A DNA stretch of 64,000 nt, taken from positions 1 to 64,000 of the forward strand of contig JAVBPW010000004.1 in the NCBI GenBank assembly GCA_031549385.1, in the 5' to 3' direction. The notes beneath the pieces were generated by a model. The model did no database searches. It was not told where the DNA came from and worked only from the letters and a program-made list of their open reading frames with translations. Origin of the DNA: Alphaproteobacteria bacterium. Lineage in GTDB: Bacteria > Pseudomonadota > Alphaproteobacteria > Rs-D84 > SZUA-605. Position 1 is the stretch's first letter, and each line of letters starts with the position of its first letter. Shown here one piece after another: positions 57,866 through 64,000 of this stretch. A program made the position numbers and the translations under genes.

Positions 57866-58534
57866 TATAAAATATTCTCAATAATAAGCATGTTAAGGCT
57901 TTTACATATTATATGTTGTTATAAATTAGCTCATCTTAATATAAATATAAAATATTTATTAATAATATATATTATCTTATAAAGAGTATATTCCTTAATT
58001 AATTGATAATTAGTCTGTTGTAACTATTAATCATAATTAAAATTAATTAATCTATAGAATATTAATATTAAGTATGATTGATATATTAAATAATGTTTCA
58101 AATTATCATATAGTAAAATATTGTAAATATGGTTAATATCTGAATTAGATAAAAATTATGAATTTTTAATCAAAATTAAGTAAATTTATAGTGTTATTTT
58201 TTCAAAAAAGTTGTCAAAATATGTATGAGGTATATTTTATATTTTATAATATTTTTGTCTATAATATTTCAAATATATTTTTTATTTTTTCATATTTTAG
58301 TAATATAAAAATATTAATATAATCAATGAGATAAGATTTAATATTCAACTAATAAATAATCAAAAAAATGTTATTTTAGTAAAAATTGGACTGTTTTATA
58401 AATTCTAGTAATTTTCGAAAAGAGCTCAAATTTCATTAAATTTAGGTTCTTTTAATTAATAGGAAATTTTTCATCAAAATTGTTGAAACCCTAATCTGAA
58501 TATGATATTATATAGAACAAGGGAAGGATATAAA

Positions 58535-61500
58535 TTGATTAAATTTAACAAAGTTTTATCTATTTTGTGTATAGGTGTGCTGTTTTGCGCATCAAATTCA
58601 TTTGCTCAGATTGCAAGGACTGCGGGCACAACAACAGATTCTACAAGACAAATTTTAGTAGCCGCAAAGAATAGAGATTTAAATACAGTAAAAAATCTAG
58701 TAAATTCAGGGGTTGATATAAATAAAAGGGATGCTCAAGGTAATACTATTTATTGTACAGCTCTTCGCCAAAATGATAATGAAACCGCTTCTATATTAAA
58801 AAGCTTTGGTGGAACATCAAAGGGTTGTCCTGGTATAGATCCTACAAAAAAAGTCGCTGCAGCTACGGCAGCTGAATCTAAATCTGGAATATTTGGTGGG
58901 ATTCGCAATGGTACTGCTTTCTTGGTAGCGGGTGCTGCTGTAGGTGTAGGTGCAATGTTGTTTGCGGGTGGTGATGACAGTAATAGTCCAGCAGGTGCTT
59001 CAAATGATGGTAATTCAGGTGGTGATGGTCCAATAGTAATTCCAGACAGACCTACAGGTGGTCAAACATTTTACGTTCCATTTGGGGCGAACGGTGCTTA
59101 TACATTATATATGGAAAATGATAGAACAAGTGCAGTTCCTATTTATCAAACAAAAGAATATGACCGTATTACTTTAAATAAATACTCTGCTCAAAACTTT
59201 AATACTGATTTTGAGTACAAATATTATGTACTTGGCATAGCTTCATCACAAAAAGAAGTGATTCGTTCAGATTACTCTATGTATGATATAATAGGTGTTA
59301 ATGTTCTACGTGCTTTAGGATATAATGGTATAAAATATCAAAGAACTACAACAAAGCTGGTAGTAAATAATCCTATAAAGCCTTTAAATTCTGGTTCTGC
59401 TACTCAATATGTAAGACTTGCAATAATTTCGACAACTGGTGTGGATTTTCACAGCAAAGAATTCGATGTAGATACTCCAGGGGCTACAAAAACTGGATAT
59501 ATAGAAAATCATAATTATAATGAAAATGACACATCTAATACATATGATGGTATAGATAAAAAGAATGTGGTTGATGGTTTTGATACAAAATGTTATGTGT
59601 CTTTTGGTGTGGGGTGTAATGTAAGTTCTTCAAAATATTTTGACTTTGAATCAAGTGTTACAGGTTATGCTGGTATTATAGCTGCTCCAACAAGATATTT
59701 TGGTTATGATGGTGATTCTGATAATTATCCAGCAGATCCAACAGATTCAGGAGGGGATGAAGGTATAATGGGTATTGCTCCAGAGACTGTTATTTCATCA
59801 TTTCAATTAGCAACTACAAATGGAGTTGTAAGAAATCCTTATAAAACAATGTATAAAGCTATGACAGAGTACAATGAAGTTGATCATAAGTCAGAGAAAA
59901 ATGACATTATCTTATTTACCGATGTTTCATCAGCTGTTGGGGTTGTTACGTATTATGATCAACAAATTCCAATTAATCGTGCAAATTCAGAAGATTTATA
60001 TGATGTTTTGAAAGCTACAAATAATAATTACACATTTGCACAAAATTATTTTATATCAAATGTAGCTAATTTATATGCAGATACAAAAGATAATATTAAA
60101 GCAAGCATAACAGGTCTTTACGGCAATTTTTCAAGTATAGCTAAAAAAGATCGACCAGTATTTATTTTTGCTTCAGGTGATGATAATTTAAGTAATATGA
60201 CTAATATAGAATCTGCGGCTCCGTTGGTTTATCCGGATTTAATAGGAAATTTTATAAATGTAGTTGCAGTTGATGAATATGGAAAAAGATATGTTACTCA
60301 ACATGGAAATTTGGTTAACAATAGTGATCTTTGGAATGAGGGTTCAAATGGTTGTGGTGCAACAATGAATTGGTGTTTATCTGCGCCTGGTAAGGATATT
60401 ATAGCTCCCGCATCAGGAACAGGGGATTTAAAAACATATGCAACTATTTCTAACTTTATAAATAATTTTGCTGGCTATCAAATAACAGGGGTAACAACAG
60501 GTCCTGCTGATCCAAATCCTGGTATAACAAATTATTATTATGATGTTGCTCAAGCTTCAAACGGTTTATTAAAAGTAAAAGATTTAGGTTTATTAATAGG
60601 TCTGTATAATGCATTTATTTCAGCAAACCAAACCAGTCTAACTGATTCGGAACCATATGAAACAGACCCTTATACAAATTATAAATTTTTAAACAATCTT
60701 GGTGATGAGGTTTATAATTCAGCGATATTTGATCAAAATGGTGATTTGATTTATTTTAGAGATGATAAGAAAGCTTTAATAGACCCATCTACAGGTAACT
60801 CAACATTTGATCCAAGTTTTAATATGATGATAGGTGTTTGGGATTATAGTACATCACAGTATTTACCTATGGGGGCGGGAGTAAAATATTATATTGAATA
60901 TAATAATTTCAAAACTCCAGGATTTGGGGCAATAGAATCAAAATACTATTTTGAATTAAAAACAGAAACTGATCAATTTGGTGGTGTGATGCCTGCAGGA
61001 ACTAAATATTTAGAATGGGTAAATGCTGGAGCTTCAGATGTAACAGGTCGTTGGAAAGATACATTTTCTTTGGCAAATGTAAATGAATTTAATGGAAGTG
61101 AAAAGACATTGTATTGGGAATATAACGAAGCTTCAAGTTTATGGGTAATAGAAAACTATACAGGTATGGAATATACATACTATCTTGATGGTTCAAGTAA
61201 TCTAATATTTAAAGACAGTAGTAATTTGTTATATAAATTTGATGGAACAAACTGGGAATCAAGTAGTGATGGTGTAATATTTAATGCTGTTGCTATGATG
61301 GCTCTTCCTCAAGAACAAACAGGTGATCCTTTATTAGATTTTTATTTAAAAATAAATTCAAGATTTGCAAAGTATGACACAGATGGTTCTACAAGTGTAA
61401 GTCCTGGTATTGATTATCTTATATGGAATAAATCTTTAAGTGTTTATGATTTATATTCATTTGATGGTGCTCCAATTAATTTTGATTTCTTTGTAAAAGG

Positions 61501-63382
61501 TTCATCAAGTGCAGTATCTTCAAGTGATTTATTAATAGACTTAGAAGAAACTCATCTTGGTTTAACAGGTATAGTAAAAGATATCAATGAAGATGGTTAT
61601 TTAATCGGTGTAATGTATGACTTAGATCCAACAAGTGAAGGTTGGAAGCCTTGGCAGTATTGTGAAGTTGCTTCAGGGGCTTGTCAATGGCAAACTTGGA
61701 CTTCTGTAAAAGATCTTTCAAATACTACTGATTTTGATGGAGATAATAGTAATACAGCTGGTTCAGGTGGTTCTGTAGTTCCAGATAATGATTTCTATAT
61801 TGATTTTTATTTCATAGACACAAATGGAAATGGAATTTATGACCCAGAGGATTTATTATACATTCCTCAAAGTGGTTCAGCAGCTGCGGCAGCAGTGGTG
61901 GCAGGTGCAGTATCAGCATTACTTGGTGCTTATCAACATATGACTCCAGATCAAGTTGTATCATTACTGTTTTTAACATCTGATGATTTAGGTGATACGG
62001 GTGTTGATGCAGTATATGGGCAAGGATTAATAAATTTAGCAAAAGCGACCCGTCCTTATGGAAGTATAGTTATTCCAACAGATCCCAAAAATTTCAATTG
62101 GAATGCTGGTCATAATTCATATGCATATAATACAACAGCGGCTCAATCAACAGCTACATCAACTTCAAGAAGTGGAAGAGGTTTTGAACTTGAGCATACC
62201 TATGTAGCATTAAGTTCATCATTTGGAGACGCAGTTGCAAATTCAACTTTACAATTCATAGTTCTCGATGATTTTAACAGACAGTTTGAAATGAATTTCA
62301 ATAGTTTGGTAGTGGCAAAACCAGTTGGAAGAGAAATTCATATAATGATGAATGAGTTTGGAAGAAGTGCAAGAGAAACTGTAAAAGTAACTGATGCAAT
62401 GTCTATGTCTTTTGGAATTCAACATAATAAAGAGTATACTCCAAGAAAAGGTGAAGAAGATCCATTTATCTTTAATGAATTAACATTTAACTTTGCAACA
62501 GAAGAGCAAAAGGTGACAGTATCATTAGGTCATAATCTAAACAAAGCTTTGCGTTTCGATCAATATGAAACTGTTCCAGAAACTGCAATAGTAAGTAGTT
62601 CATTCTTAGGAAATCCGTATTTAGCATTAGCGGGACAAAATGCAATTGGGGCATCATATCAAACAAATATTTCAAATAATTGGTCATTAGGAATGACAAG
62701 TTTTTCAGGAAATATAGTAGCAAATGAAATAGTTGATTATTATAACATGCTTCCTGAAAGTGATAACAGGTTGGGTAGAATAACATCATCATTTACTTCA
62801 GTGACTCGTGATTTCAATCGTAAAGGGAATGTTTCTTTCCATGCTGGAGTTGTGGTAGAAAATAAAACAATGTTAGGTGCTGGTTCATATGGAGCTTTGC
62901 AAATTGACCATGGAACAACAACAATGTTCTCAACAGTTGCTTCATCATTTAAATTATCTTCAAAAACTTCAATGTTTGGAAGTTATACAATAGGAACTTC
63001 TCAAGTATCAGCAGCAAGAGATTCTTTATTCAATGAATTTTCAAGTATACAAACAAGTTCATGGAATGTAGGTTTTGCTTATAAATTAGCTCCTCGTTCA
63101 ACATTTGGTGCTGTATTTGCTCAACCATTAAGAGTTAATAGTGCTTCAGCATCTATGGATATACCAATTGCTCGTGATGCAGTAGAAGATATTTTATATA
63201 TGAATAGTTATAAATTAAACTTAACTCCATCAGCAACAGAATATGATATGCAAATGTTTTATTCATGGCAAGCGGGTGATTTTGAAATGGATACAGGTTA
63301 TATGTACCGTATAAACCCTGGACATTCATCAACTTTACCAGATGATCATACTATAATGATGAAATTTAAATATAAAATATAA
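58535..63382 (+). CDS. Large ankyrin + degenerate S8 subtilase-like + beta-barrel (autotransporter-type) surface protein
   Basis: Signal peptide after TTG start (AAGGGAAGGA SD); ankyrin GVDINKRDAQGNT; AGIIAA, GIAP, WCLSAPG, DLGDTGVDAVYGQGLINL; C-terminal barrel. Confidence 0.85.
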   Translation: MIKFNKVLSILCIGVLFCASNSFAQIARTAGTTTDSTRQILVAAKNRDLNTVKNLVNSGVDINKRDAQGNTIYCTALRQNDNETASILKSFGGTSKGCPGIDPTKKVAAATAAESKSGIFGGIRNGTAFLVAGAAVGVGAMLFAGGDDSNSPAGASNDGNSGGDGPIVIPDRPTGGQTFYVPFGANGAYTLYMENDRTSAVPIYQTKEYDRITLNKYSAQNFNTDFEYKYYVLGIASSQKEVIRSDYSMYDIIGVNVLRALGYNGIKYQRTTTKLVVNNPIKPLNSGSATQYVRLAIISTTGVDFHSKEFDVDTPGATKTGYIENHNYNENDTSNTYDGIDKKNVVDGFDTKCYVSFGVGCNVSSSKYFDFESSVTGYAGIIAAPTRYFGYDGDSDNYPADPTDSGGDEGIMGIAPETVISSFQLATTNGVVRNPYKTMYKAMTEYNEVDHKSEKNDIILFTDVSSAVGVVTYYDQQIPINRANSEDLYDVLKATNNNYTFAQNYFISNVANLYADTKDNIKASITGLYGNFSSIAKKDRPVFIFASGDDNLSNMTNIESAAPLVYPDLIGNFINVVAVDEYGKRYVTQHGNLVNNSDLWNEGSNGCGATMNWCLSAPGKDIIAPASGTGDLKTYATISNFINNFAGYQITGVTTGPADPNPGITNYYYDVAQASNGLLKVKDLGLLIGLYNAFISANQTSLTDSEPYETDPYTNYKFLNNLGDEVYNSAIFDQNGDLIYFRDDKKALIDPSTGNSTFDPSFNMMIGVWDYSTSQYLPMGAGVKYYIEYNNFKTPGFGAIESKYYFELKTETDQFGGVMPAGTKYLEWVNAGASDVTGRWKDTFSLANVNEFNGSEKTLYWEYNEASSLWVIENYTGMEYTYYLDGSSNLIFKDSSNLLYKFDGTNWESSSDGVIFNAVAMMALPQEQTGDPLLDFYLKINSRFAKYDTDGSTSVSPGIDYLIWNKSLSVYDLYSFDGAPINFDFFVKGSSSAVSSSDLLIDLEETHLGLTGIVKDINEDGYLIGVMYDLDPTSEGWKPWQYCEVASGACQWQTWTSVKDLSNTTDFDGDNSNTAGSGGSVVPDNDFYIDFYFIDTNGNGIYDPEDLLYIPQSGSAAAAAVVAGAVSALLGAYQHMTPDQVVSLLFLTSDDLGDTGVDAVYGQGLINLAKATRPYGSIVIPTDPKNFNWNAGHNSYAYNTTAAQSTATSTSRSGRGFELEHTYVALSSSFGDAVANSTLQFIVLDDFNRQFEMNFNSLVVAKPVGREIHIMMNEFGRSARETVKVTDAMSMSFGIQHNKEYTPRKGEEDPFIFNELTFNFATEEQKVTVSLGHNLNKALRFDQYETVPETAIVSSSFLGNPYLALAGQNAIGASYQTNISNNWSLGMTSFSGNIVANEIVDYYNMLPESDNRLGRITSSFTSVTRDFNRKGNVSFHAGVVVENKTMLGAGSYGALQIDHGTTTMFSTVASSFKLSSKTSMFGSYTIGTSQVSAARDSLFNEFSSIQTSSWNVGFAYKLAPRSTFGAVFAQPLRVNSASASMDIPIARDAVEDILYMNSYKLNLTPSATEYDMQMFYSWQAGDFEMDTGYMYRINPGHSSTLPDDHTIMMKFKYKI

Positions 63383-63441
63383 AAAAAAGCTTTTAAATAT
63401 GTGTAATTTGTGATAAAATAACAAAAAGAAGGAAAAAGAGA

Positions 63442-64000
63442 ATGACAATAAATAAGGTTATTGCCAAAGTTTTGGGAAGGGGAATTAATCCTCTTGCTTT
63501 TGCATTTATCATTTTCTCAGCAACTTCAGCGTTTTCACAACACTACCAACCATTAAATTACAGTAGTTCAACTACAGGATATGGTACAGGTACAAACAGG
63601 GTTTACCAAGTTCCAAATTATGGAAAACAATATCAATCAACCATGAAGAAGCAGTATCGCACATCTCAAGCTTACGACACATTAGCAGATACAGGTATGT
63701 ATTTTGCAGCAGGGGTTGCAAAAGGACGTAATACTGGAAGTTCTATGAAATTGGTAAACTATGATACAACTATTGTAGGAAATACAGACGATAATAATTC
63801 ATCAACTTCAAGAGACACAACATCAGTTGATGTAGCGGTAGGTTTAATGATAAGTTCAAATGTTCGTTTTGAATTAAATTATCTTCGTTACACTGGAATG
63901 AATTATGGTTCAAGTGCTGTATACAATGATGGTACAGGAACAGTTGAAATGCCAGTAGTTTCAGGTGGTGGTATAGATGCAGATGTATTTATGTTCAATT
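63442..64000 (+). CDS. Outer-membrane beta-barrel protein (OmpA-TM/opacity-like), truncated by the window end
   Basis: Manual translation MTINKVIAK...SAFSQ...GMYFAAG...VAVG...NVRFELNY...VFMFN; open to the window edge. Confidence 0.7.
   Translation, partial: MTINKVIAKVLGRGINPLAFAFIIFSATSAFSQHYQPLNYSSSTTGYGTGTNRVYQVPNYGKQYQSTMKKQYRTSQAYDTLADTGMYFAAGVAKGRNTGSSMKLVNYDTTIVGNTDDNNSSTSRDTTSVDVAVGLMISSNVRFELNYLRYTGMNYGSSAVYNDGTGTVEMPVVSGGGIDADVFMFN

Noticed and set aside
541-62792. Numerous short antisense or overlapping ORFs in the six-frame track (e.g. 541-777, 19876-20217, 40325-40798, 45220-45618, 62487-62792)
   Set aside because: They are shadows of well-supported genes on the other strand or frame, with no SD or recognisable motifs.

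Overview
AT-rich chromosomal window from what looks like a reduced, uncultured-type alphaproteobacterium (inferred from the CarD, gatB, rpmF-plsX-fabH, SPOR-tatA and prepilin sequences). Housekeeping genes (carD, uppP, secG, efp, dusB, ftsB, gpmI, gatB, tatA, rpmF, plsX, fabH, mpg, mgtA, polA, uvrC, aroK, tRNA-Asn, tRNA-Glu) are interleaved with many accessory genes. The main oddities are: (1) a free-standing ~95-nt RNA at 16958-17051 (-) that reproduces the L11-binding/GTPase-associated centre (helices 43-44) of 23S rRNA inside a non-rRNA scaffold with compensatory base pairs, and whose sequence looks Bacteroidota-type rather than alphaproteobacterial; (2) a dispersed class of Shine-Dalgarno-less orphan genes sharing an AAACTTAAA leader motif; (3) a Liv-type ABC operon with seven diverged substrate-binding proteins for one translocon; (4) a MuF-GH108 lysozyme fusion behind tandem terminators, with a convergent immunity-like gene; (5) a catalytically dead 1.6-kaa subtilase-like autotransporter; (6) a frameshift-split secreted M23 peptidase; (7) two further candidate small RNAs. 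No CRISPR array, integrase, transposase or complete rRNA gene was seen. All family assignments are by eye from motifs, with no database searches.
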